The notes under the pieces: model-generated | The model's input: only the letters and a program-made list of their open reading frames with translations | Told to the model about the DNA's origin: nothing | Database searches by the model: none | In this document: one piece after another, positions 12,001-24,000 of the stretch | Position numbering within the stretch: the first letter of the stretch is position 1 | How the letters are laid out: every line of letters starts with the position of its first letter | NCBI RefSeq assembly: GCF_018350175.1 | Contig: NC_058383.1 | Location: 11,162,001-11,226,000 of the forward strand | Length of the DNA stretch: 64,000 bases | Origin: Felis catus | Taxonomy: Eukaryota | Direction: 5' to 3' | Program-made: the position numbers and the translations under genes

Positions 12001-15000
12001 GGTAGTAAATGGCAGGGGAATCTCATTCTGGCACCGTGGAATGCCTTCCAGACCCACCTTGGCCACCAGCCCACCCTGGAGTATCAGGGAAGCCACCCCT
12101 CCCCCCCCCCGCAAGGCTTAGCTCCAGGACTGTAAAGCAGGGCTCCAACTGGGACACTGTGAGTCCCACACCCAGGCGTCGCCTTCATGTGGTCTCAGTG
12201 GACCCCGCGAGGCCTTCACCGCGCAGGTGGGAGCTCCTCTGCCCCGCGGACCTGAGTTCCGCATTCCAGCGGGGCAAGGTGGGGGGGGGGTCTCCCGAGA
12301 GCAGGTGGGAGGAGGGCAGAGGACTCAGGCTTCGGGCTCTCGGACAGTGACAAACCCCAAACCCTGGCTCCACCCTGCCCAGGGGAGGTTGCCAGGGAGC
12401 TGCTGCAGATACAGCGGGGAAGGCGCGTCGTCGGTGAACCGCTGGGCGTGTGCATGGCTAAGGGGTGCTGGTGCGGCCAAGGCTCTGCTCTGGGGAGTCT
12501 TTCTCGGCAGGTTTGGAGGAGTCCCGGGGAGAGAAGCCCAGGCCTGAGGCTGCAAACGGGGGCGTGGGGGTGGGGGTGGGAACACAGGATTTCAGGCCAA
12601 TCCAACCGTTGGCCAGTCTGGGTCTGCCCGCCCTGCTCCCAGCCTCAGGGCCCCGCTCCTGGCTCTCGGCCCCGGACAGAACCCACTGACGGTGGTCAGT
12701 TTCAGACCGGTGGTCACCATACTTCCAAAAGGGCGAGCTTTGCCAGGGGAGCAGAAGCATCTGGAAACCACAGTTGTTTGTGGCTTCCCGCCCCCGGGAC
12801 CTCAGAGCACTGCCCTGGCATTCTAGGGGAGAGGGAAGGCAGGCCTGTCCGGGCCCCAGCCTCACCCCGGGGCCAAGCTTCAGGGTGCCGGAGCTGGCGT
12901 TCTGGGGCCGTGGGGATGAGCTTCCAGGAGGCTGACCAGGAGGCAGGAAGCTTGCCCTTCCCTAGAGGAAAAGTGGACCCATTCCAAGACCGAAATGGAT
13001 TATTTCTGTCACTGCACATAGTACCAGACCCTAAAAATAGCCACTCAGAGCTGAACACGCTCTGTGATGGAGGAGGTTAACTGGTCTTGTCACCCCCAGC
13101 CGCAAAGTGGGGCGGCTCTGTCGCTGGGTAGAGCGCCCCCTGCGCTGTTCACCATACCCCCACGTCCCCAGGACTCCCCCGTTCCGGCTGTGGGACCCAC
13201 GGTCCCCCGTGCTACACAGCTGCTACCTCCCCACACAGCCCGTGTGCCTCAGGCTTCTCCTACCCTGCCTGCAGCAGGGTCAAGAGTCCTGGGGTCAGAC
13301 GGGCGGGTTTAATCCTGCCGATTCGACTCTGGGCACAAAGTCAACGCCCCCTCGGTTTCTTAAGTTTTCAAACACAGAATGATGAAATCAGGATCAGGTC
13401 CAGAAGATGCTTCGAGGATTAAATGAGATAATCCCCATCAAGCGCTTAGCTAAGCGTCTGGCATCCGAGCCCTCACCACATGCCAGAGACTTTGTTAGTA
13501 CGTTGCTGGTGGTAGTTTCGATGGTTTCTGGGCGGCAGTCGGGCAAAACATAACGAGAGTGCTCTCACTGTGCGGCTTCCCTGGGAGGGAGCAGTGGACA
13601 CACGGGGCGACGACAGACTCGCGGGTGAGGCTTCAACGCAAAGGGATTTCCAATGAAGACCCAGGCGGACGGACCACGGCTCATCGGCCACAGAACGCTG
13701 CACGTGCGGCTAAAAAGCACATTTCCCAGCTATGAGAACTGATGCTAGAGACGGAAGGAGTAGTCTCATTCCGTGGGCGCGACGAACAGGACGGGGCTCT
13801 TAGTATCAGCTGACAGGTGCTCAGGTGGTTAGGGGTGAGCTGTCCTTCGGATGGTTCGGCAAACGATACGTGCGTGCGCGTGTGTTTACCGGAAGGAGGG
13901 AGAGGGCAATGGTCTTCAAAGGTTAACAGGTGGGGAGCCCCCCTTCCCGGGGGAGGGTACGGGGGCGGTTAGCGTAGCGGGCTCTCAGCCGCGGTGCGGG
14001 TCTGGAAACTGCCAAAACGTGAAGAGAAGGGAGAGGCATGCCTTGGAAGGCTACTGGGTATCGAGGAATGAGCAGGAGACTACACTGGGTGTAATAAAAA
14101 GACAGGAAGCATAGCCACTGCGGGTCAGCACGGGGGTGCAGACCGTGGAGCTCTCGCAGGAAGAGATCTGCCACAAGGCGGCCCTGGAGGGAGGTCGGAG
14201 GGTGGGTGGGTGGGAACTGGGGTGTCACGGGAATGGCCAGGACCCTGCAGGGGGCAGGCACTCCAAGGCCCACCCCTCCCCGTCCCTCACTGCTCTCCCT
14301 GCCTCTCTCCCCATCCTGGCAAATGCAATCTCAGCTCCGGGGTGTGACTTCACGCGAGGCAGGGGCGGAGGGGGAGTGAGTAGGAGGCCACTACACATGC
14401 AGATGGGCACTGTCCCCCCCAGGGCTCCCTGGGAGGATCAGCTTTAGGGGAACAATAGGAACCGGACAGACGGAGCTGGGAGCTTGGACTTCCTGGAGAG
14501 GCGACCCCCGCAGGGGGCACCACTTTGTCCTCCGCTTACTGAAATGGTAAATGACAAGCTAGGGGCTCAGAGCTCTGGTGGGCACAGCCCTCTTTGCCCC
14601 TGTGGACGTGCAAGGTAGACACGGTGACTCCCTGATGCCTACGGAGCACGGGTGCATAGTATGGCCATGTGCGCGCCTTCTGGAAGGGAAGGGTGATCCT
14701 GGGTTTGGGATGAAGCAGTTCGTCCAGAATCATAAGCAGTGAAAGTGGCAGAGCTGGACCCGAACCTGGGTCTTCCCGTCTCAGCCCAGGGTGAGGCCAG
14801 GAGTCGCTTTTCAACGACTTTCCTGCCTCACCTTTGGACCGATCGCAGCCCCTGAGCTTGCCCCTCCCCACTGTGCGACGGATCACACGTGCAGATACGG
14901 GGACTTTGTGGGGGCCCGTGATGGGGAGCCCAATTACCCCCGGGCCCCTCTGAAACTGCAAACCTAAGATTCTGCCCACTACCCAGAAGTCAGGGCAGGG

Positions 15001-18000
15001 ACTGTCATCTTGGGTCCCCAAGAACACCTTGCACCGCACATAGTAAGTGCTCATTAAATATGGAAAAGATCGAAACCCACGCACGCTTCCTGCTTCTGTT
15101 TGCCACCCAGACGGACAGCATCCAGTTGAGCCAAGAAACTCTTAATTTCCACATTAAACGAAGAGCTGTCTGGTTGACGTCCTGTCCCCACCCCCTCCAA
15201 GATTCTTCAGCTCGCGTGCAGGTGAACTGCAAAGGGCGGCCGGTTCCTAACCGTGAAAGTTCCACGCCAGCGAACAGTCACCAAGGCTCCCTGGCTGATG
15301 CTAACAGAGGCCACGGGAGGCCTCTGGGGGACAAGCAGTGTTTGCACAGCTGGCACAGCCAGGTGTCCCTCGGAGGAGGTGGCCACGGACCAAACTCCCT
15401 TTCTGAAGAGAAGCCTCCCAGAGCTTGGGCAAGAAGGTGGAACCGTGTGGCTCCTTCCACCCCTCCCCTCCCCCAGATCCTGCCTCTAAGAGCCTTCCCC
15501 CACTGCCTGCCACCCCCATCCCCCCCCCCCACTTCTCAGCAGCTGCTCCTGGGGGTATTGGAACCCCCATACCACTTTCTCCGAGTACTGTCCTTATTTC
15601 TGCCCGGACCGTCGCAAAGGCATTTCCGGCTTCAAATCCGCACCCCATCCATCACGCACAGTGATGTTTTCTCACTTGTAAAACGGGTCTTTGCTCTTAA
15701 CCACTGGGACGAGCCCATGAGGTGAGGCGTCTCCGCTGAGCTCATAACAGGAAGGCTGTGCAGGTGAACAGGAGTCTGGCTTTGTGTATTCCCCCCCCCA
15801 GAGCTCTAGAACATGAGTGCAGGAGACAGCACAGTTCATTAGAGGCACACGATGTTTCTAGATTTTTCTTGGGCAATAATGGATGACCAAGAAGCCTGGT
15901 TTGCTGGCCAGGAATTGCAGCCTGGAAGCAAGACCCCCTACCTGGAAGTCACAGAGTTAAGGGTGGCCAGAGGCTGGGCCCCTCCTCCCAGCCCCTGCTG
16001 GGTGAATAATTCAAACCTGTCCCAGGTCCCACCTTCCCCTGACTTGAAGACTGAGCAGATGAGCCCTTTGCTATGGTTACTTCCCTGCCACTGGAAAAGG
16101 TTTGGGGGAGAAGCCAGGCGATTGTTACTGGCTCCGGGGAACCTCAGGGCTTCAGGGTGGTGGGTGATCCCCTCCCTGGGCCAGTTAGGGTCTCAAGACC
16201 TCAATTTGGACAAAGCCTGCTTATACACTTCCCAGGGAGGCCCCCACCTCACACTCCCCTCCTGTACACTCACCCAGCTGCCTCTACCTGAATCCAGCCT
16301 CAGTGATGACTCTCTTCCAGCTCAACAATCTTCAATGGCTCCCTACTGTCTGCGGAATAAGGTGCAAATTTACCTTGCTCACCTCTGTTTTAGAACTGGA
16401 CCTGGTCTCTGCTTCTTCTCCTGTACTTACTCATAGACGCCTACCGGACATGCTCTCTCCCTCCTCAGCCCATCAAGGGCAGCAAAAAATTGCCCCCTCC
16501 AGGAAGCCTTCCCTGACTACACGAGCTCCCCCAAAGTCTCCTCTTCGGAGCCCCCCCCCCCCAAGAAAGGGACATGCTGAAGAAGACTCACTACTTCTTC
16601 CAGACCCAAAGCGTGAGGCTCTGTGCCAGTCGGCAGTGGAGCTCAGGAAAGTCCCAGGTAAATTCTGATCTGGAATCGTTCTCGATTCCTGCTCTGTCCT
16701 CACTGTGCCAGCCTCTCCACTCGGTTCTCTGTGGGCAAGCCCTTCGAGTTCAGGCAACACCCTTCACTGGCTCCCCCTTGCCCCTGCCTCTCCTGGTCTC
16801 ACTCGTCCTGCCTCCTTCCCCTGTTCATGTGCCCAGTGACCTCAGTTCCCTGAGAGTGCCAAGCAACCCTCCACTCTGGAAGTGTCCCCAACCCCAACTG
16901 CATAGGTTCCACTGGGTAGCTCTTTACTCATTTCCTTGGGTCTGCCTCAGGCCCTGCCTCCTCAAGGAAGTCCTCTTAGACTGCACTTCTGCCCGCTAAG
17001 CTGAGCGCCACTCTCCACTGATGCTGTAATTCTGGTTCCTGTGTTTCTGTCCTCCCAAGACCTGAGGGGCAAAGGCTGGATTCCTGCGCTTCTGACCTCC
17101 CCTGCCCAGGGCCTGGCCGTTGGAAGCATCCAGAGGTGACACCAACGGTGAGATCTTGGGCAGGTTACACACATTTCTGTGTTTCACTTTCCTCATCTAT
17201 AAAACGAAGGTAAGAGAAGTCTTTCCCGGGGCGCCTGGGTGGCTCAGTCGGTTTAGCATCCGACTCCTGACTTCAGCTTAGGTCATGATCTCGCGGTTTG
17301 TGGGTTCGAGCCCCGCATCAGGCTTTGTGCTGACAGAGCTTGGGATATTCTGTCTCTCCCTCTCTCTCTGCCCCTCCCCTGCTCTCTCTGTCTCTCTCTC
17401 AAAATAAATAAACTTGAAAAAAATTTTTTAAGATGCTACATCCCATTCCAAGCCTCGCGTGAAAAAAAAAAAAAAAAAAAAGAGTCCTTCCCAGGGCTTA
17501 TTAGGCACAGCGTCAACAGATAGCAGCCCCGGCGGGGCAGTGAAATAAGGCAGTATATGTTGATTCAGGGAGCGCATGTATCCGCTCTCGGCTTATCTTG
17601 CTTCCTATTTCGAGGGCCCCTCCCGGGGGGTCTCCTGCACAGCAGGGTATGTTCTGCGACATGCCGTTACGGCGCCCACACCCTCCCTGCACGGCACCGA
17701 CCACGAGAACGGTGCGATTAGCTGGCAGGCCCTGAGGCTCATGGGGTCAGAGGTGGTGTTTCCCACCCCCGGCTACCCCTCCAGGGCCCACCGAGATGCG
17801 GCACACAGCAGGTGCCCAGTAAATGCTGCCTCCTGCAATCCAGAGGAGGGGGCCGGGGGGGCTCCGAGCAGGCGGCCCTTTAGCTGTGGGACACCTCCCG
17901 CCCCGGTTACTGACAATTCCTGCACACGTGGGCTCCCAGGGCCTGCAAAACCCGGCTCCCCGGCTCCCCGCGATGCCTCCTTTGCTGCCTCACGATGGAG

Positions 18001-21000
18001 AGAGTCAGTCTCGTCCGGGGAGATGGACCAGACAGAGCATCTGATCCTCGAGAAGAGATAGTCCGGGGCGCTCCTCGGTGCTCCCGCACAAGGGCACGCG
18101 TCCCCACGCAAAAATGCAGATGGCTTTGGGTTGCCCAGGCACGCGCTCTTCACGGGACCGCGCTTTGTGGTTAAGGCAAAAGTTCTCGTTCGCAACCCGC
18201 AGGCTCAGAAAATATCTGCTGAGTGAATGAGTGAGTCAACGGATGAATGAATGAATGAATGACTAGCTAGATAACTTTGATGATGGGGCAGGGCCTCCCG
18301 TAGGGCCTGTCCTGTCCCTGCTGTGGCCGGGCAGCTGTCCCCTCGGAGGGAGGGAAACCGTGCGCCTTTAGATATGGGGGGGGCTGGGTGCAGCCCCCCA
18401 ACCTTGGCGAGGTGCCCAGGGCAGGGGCGTGTAAGGATGACAGAGGGGGTGGGGGCCGTATCCGTTCCCCCGGGGTTTCGCGTGCTCACCAGTGAGGACG
18501 GTCTCATTCGGCCGCCCTTCAGCTTGCATTGAGAACCACACAGATGGCTGACCTCTGACCCCACAAACACCACGTCTCAGACCTCATTTTAGGAGCCAGC
18601 CCGGATAAGAACGTATGTTACACATTTCAGGAGTTCACAAATTTATCACTAGAGAACAAGGAAACAACGTGGATTCTAACCGCTGGGGACCCGGTGAGGA
18701 GGCAGGCCCCGTCCACCACGACGTGCGTGGTGAGAGGCTGGGGTATCACAGGAAATGTTATCTTACTTCGGCTCAGGTCATGATCTCGCGGTCTGTGGGT
18801 TCGAGCCCCACGTGGCGCTCTGTGCTGACAGCTCGGAGCCTGGAGCCTGTTTCGGATTCTCTGTCTCCCTCTCTCTCTGCCCCTCCCCTGTTCATGCTCT
18901 GTCTCTCTCTGTCTCAAAAATAAATAAACGTTAAAAAACAAAAAAAGTGACCAGGAGTTGTCTTTGGGGCGGAATAGGGTTTTTATAAAAACTCTGAATT
19001 TGCTGCGTTCTCTGCATGCTTTGAGGAACGGAACTGAGGGGCTTGGAAGGAACATCTGCTCCGGGGGCAGCCCAGCTGATGGCTGGTGAGCCTGGGCCCG
19101 TGACGTCCCCTCTGCTCCAGGAGCTTCGAGCTTAAGAGCAGGACAAACATAATAAAAACCTTACTGATGAAACCAAAAGGACATGGGGGAAGGGGAGAAG
19201 GGGGAGTGATACTAACAGGTACGAGGTTTCTTTTTGGGGTGATGAAAATGTTCTGGAATGTTCTGCACAACCCCGTGCATTTCAAAAACCACAGAACTGG
19301 ACACTTTCAAATGGTGGACTTTATGGGGAGCGTGGGTGGCTCAGTCAGTTAAGCGACCGACTTCGGCTCAGGTCATGATCTCACAGTTTGTGAGTTCGAG
19401 CCCCACATCAGGCTCTGTGCTGACAGCTCAGAGCCTGGGGCCTGCTCCGGATTCTGTGTCTCCCTCTCTGCCCATCCATCTGCACTCTGTCTCTCAAAAA
19501 TAAATAGACATTAAAAAAATTCAAAACTAAAATAAAATGGTGGACTTTGTGATACGTGAATGATATCCCAATCTGAAAAACGGAACAACGGAAAGGAAAA
19601 TCACAAAAGGAAGATAATCAGGGCTTCCTCCAAAGGGAACGAGGACTGAGGACATTTTAAAGCCCCTCGCCCAACAGCAGGTGCTCAAGAAAACAAGCCC
19701 TGGGTGCCTTCTTGGCAGCTTCAGTTCCCAGCGGGGTAAGCACCGTCTTATTGACCCTTTTGGCTCTGCTGTCGCCTTTCCCGGGGGAGTCTCACAAGCG
19801 GAAACGGAGGGGGGAATCAGCCAGGGCACAGGGAGAGAAGAAAATAGACACCCTGCTGACTTTCTAACCCACCGCTAGGAAGGCGGAGGGGAGGCAGAAA
19901 TAAGGCGGCGGGTGCGGGCAGAAATAAGGCGGCGGGCAAAAAGTAAGGAGGTGGAGGGGCAGAAATAAGGCGGCGGGCAGCCAGCACTGAGTGCAGGCCA
20001 CTGTCCGGCCGAGCGCCAGTGGTGGAAGCACTCACCTAAGAAGCCCTCCTCGTCAACAATGATGGTGTAATCCTCGGGCGTCTCGGTCAGACTGAAGAAC
20101 TTGCACCTGGATGGCGGACGGACAGACAGACAGAGGACACGGTGTTAGTCGCCCCCGCCAAGGCCCTCCATTTTCGACTCCCGAGGCCTCAGGGGGGCCT
20201 GGAGAGGCTGGTGGTCCCCTCTCACCCCCCAATCTTTGGGGACCCCTGAGCCAGCCTCTAGGTTGCCCTACTACAGCTGAAGGGGCTTAGATCCCACTTT
20301 TTCCCAGGGGAAGAAGCCGAAGGGGGGCTCTGGCAGGGAGCAGGTGGGTGAACTGCCTTCTGCAGGCCCCCCCACGTTCTGACATCTAAGCCTCCACCGC
20401 TGTCCCCCCCAACCCCCCACCCCCAATCCCCCACCCCCAACCCCCCACCAACTCGGGAGTTCCCACGGTCGTCCCACACCCAAGTCACATCACCCAACCG
20501 ACAGCCCAGCCTTTAGGGTACTTTTCTTCCTTGCATGAGAAAGAGATGCGGCCATCTGTGCCCTTTGGGGGGCCCGGATCCCCCAACTGTCACCCGTCAC
20601 CTTCGGTAATACGGATCAGCCTCGGGTGTGCATTGATCATTTCTGTCCCCAGACAAGACCCTCGATTCCTCCAGGCCAGGGTGTGGCACTCACTGCCCCT
20701 TGGTGCCTGCCTCCCTGTCCCTCATCCAGCTGCAAGGGCCCCCAGAACGACACAAGCAGCAGCAGCCGGAAACGGCCCATGGTTATTCGGCGTTGCTGTG
20801 GCTCTCAAGCACGAGGAGGCCTGGCCCGGGTTCGGTGCCCAGCGTGCGAAACCCATCCATCGCGGGGAGCCCCGGCAGCGAGAGGCCTGGCGAGTAACCC
20901 CAGCAGGGGCCCAACGATCCCTCCCACAGGGGTTAAAACGGGAAAGAGGGGCGCCTGGGTGGCTCCGTCGGTTGAGCGTCCGACTTTGGCTCGGGTCACG

Positions 21001-24000
21001 AACTCGAGATTTGTGAGTTCGAGCCCCGCGTCGGGCTCACTCACTGCTGTCGGCGAGGCGCCTGCTTTGGATCCTCTCTCTCCCTCTCTCCCTGCCCCTC
21101 CCCTGCTTGTGCTCTCCCTCTCCCTGTCAAAACTAAATACACGTTAAAACCAAATTAAAGACAGAAGTAGAACAGCATCAAGGAAATTTTTGGTTGATGG
21201 GAGTGCTTGGTATCTTGACTGTGGCAGTGGTAACAAGACCACACGCATTTGTCAAAACGCAAAGGATTATACCCTAAAAGGGGTGGGTTCTACCGTATGC
21301 AAATGCGGCATACCTCAACGAATCGGACTTTATTTTTTTTATTATTTTTTTTAACGTTTATTTATTTTTGAGACAGAGAGAGACAGAGCATGAACAGGGG
21401 AGGGGCAGAGAGAGAGGGAGACACAGAATCCGAAGCAGGCTCCGGGCTCCGAGCCGTCAGCCCAGAGCCCGACGCGGGGCTCGAACTCACGGACCGCGAG
21501 ATCGTGACCCGAGCCGAAGTCGGAAGCTTAACCGACGGAGCCACCCAGGCGCCCCAGACGCATCTGACTCTAAAGAAATTTCTTGTGCCAGAGTCGTGAG
21601 CAAGGTGTCACTCTCCTCCCCGCTGACGCTCTGCTCAACCGGCCGCACACACTCCTCAAGCTCCATCCGGCTCTTCGGTTTCCACGTCACATCTCTGTCC
21701 CCCATCCAACTGGCAATGTTGCTTGGACAAAGAAAATCTGCAACTGCTCGGGGACAACGGCAGACGACCACCTCCGGAAGTGGCAACCCCGGCCCGGCCT
21801 GGCTCCTTCCTGGGGACCCCCGTGCACTCAGACGGAGCCCTGGCAGCCCCCCCAGTCACCAGACCGTCACACACAGCGGCTGCCCGGCTGTCTGCGAAGG
21901 CAAGGAGATATGGCAACTCGCTCCCTGTGCCCTCTTGGCCGTGAGGGATGCTCCAGAAATAGACCATGGAAGCCGTCCCGGAAAGGCATAAACACCAGCA
22001 GACGGTCGCTTCAGCCTCTGTGTAAACGGGGTATAAATATGTTGTTGATGTGACCCGTCTCCCGGGGTCGAGGGCCTCTGAGGTCCAGCTACCGGACGCC
22101 TATCTCGAAATGCGCTCCTTGGGGTGGGCAGGCCTCCGGGAGCGCGGATCAGCCGGAGGGACTGACAGGCCCCTGGTTCTCCCTGCTCCCCGTTCCCCCG
22201 CTCCGTGGCGCTCAGCCCCACCTGTCTTGCCTCTCAGGCTCCTCTGTCTACCACTCCCCTCCACGTGACCTCCCACCTCATCCTGCTCCCTCACTCTCGG
22301 CCTCCCTCCCCAGCCTCCCTCTTCTTTGGCTGGAGCCTTGCTGCTTATCCTCCACGACCCGGTGTCAGCATCTTCTTTGGGGGAGAGCCTTCTCACATTG
22401 GCACCGATCCCCCTCCCTCGCCTGCCACCAGTCTAAAGAGCCTGTCCTCCCTTGACAACCTGAAGCCTGACACTGTGTCCACGAGAGGACACGACAGCCA
22501 CTGTAGACGGTTGCGCGTCACAACTCGCTCATCTCGGTTTATGTGAAGTATGCCCTGAGAGTTGAGCAGTGCACAATCTGTGCAACTGTGCAGGATGGTC
22601 GTGGGTGCTTTCCACAACCTATCACAAATAACGCTCGTTTCCCCCAGAAGACCGTGAGCTCTCACTGGCAAGGACTGTGGATTCTCCGTGCATACGCCTG
22701 ACACAGGCTAGGAATAGAATCGACACTCATTGTTCCCAAAAAGTGAACTATGGCCACCGACTCACCCCCAAGCCACAGAAGCCCTGATCAGACAAACTGC
22801 CTGTATTTTGTGGGGTGCTGCCTTGACTTACCCTTCCTTTGGGAGGCACTAAAGTCTCCAGTCCCAGCCTTCTAATGAGTCATGGCTAAGCATCCTCCAG
22901 ATGCTTGAGCCCCCGGCGTTTGTGGCCTCTCTGTACTTTGTCTCTGAAGGTCTGGAGAGAGGACCCAAACCCAGCAATTACCCAGCCTCTGCTAACTGCT
23001 GTTGGGAAACCCGAGGAGGAAGACAGCGGGGTGCCCTCTACGTGCCCTCATAGTACTCAGGAACGGGATGAAACAACACGGTTAAACAAAGCAGCCCGGG
23101 GAGAGAGTGAAGACCGTGGTCTTGGAGATGAGACCTGGGTTCTGGTCCCAACTTGGCACCCGGGGGCTGCTTCCTTCCTCTGTACAGTGAGGGGCAGGCT
23201 CAAGGTGGCCTGGCTCCCATCTGGCTCCACCTCGGGCCACGTGGAACCCCGCCAGCTCCACAGCAGGGTGACCTCAAGGGGCCTGGCCAAGAAGGCACAG
23301 AAAGATGATTCTAGAACCATGGAGTGCATCTGGAGAACACCTTTTAAGGGCGGGCAAAATCCCATGCAGCTGTGAGAAGAACCCAGGACCGATCTGCTGC
23401 CCAGACAGCTGGGCAGGTGGTGTATCACAACTCTGGGGGTGGGGCTCGTTCACCTCATAGTCTCTGTGAAAGAGCGCTCTCGGAGTTGAGCAGTGCACAA
23501 CCCTTGCAACTGTGTACGACTGTCACTGGGCAGGTTCTGCCGGAGCCGTCAGGTAGACAGGATGTAAAATTCTACAGCCCCAAGCAACGAAGGAGAGAGA
23601 TGGGGGGACGGCAGCTTGTGGCTCGGGACATACCCCAAGAATTGTGCAAGTCCCCCATCTCGGGGGAGCCCGTGCATCGCTGGGCTCTGTTGAACAGAAT
23701 AGGGGTTCTAGGGCCCAGACCATGCCTTTTGGCCTGGAGGAAGATTCCAGCCACCACCTGGCTGTCGCACACCATGGGTTGAAGGCAGTGCTGCTGCTTA
23801 TGGCCGTGTGACCTTAAGTTTAACCTCTCTGTGCCTCAGTCTCCTCGTGCGTATAATGGGGGTAAGAATAGCACCTACTTCACAGGGTTGTTGTCAAAGG
23901 AGCACTAATGGGCGAAGACCCGTTGTAACTCTAGTTAGCAGTTAACTCGTTGGCTATTTATTCTTCTTGGAAGGCAGAGGTAGCTGGCGGGGAGGCCACA

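Noticed and set aside
19893..19977. Short spaced direct repeats as a CRISPR-like array
   Set aside because: Eukaryotic intron, spacers are tiny or related to the repeat, and there are no cas genes; it is a minisatellite.
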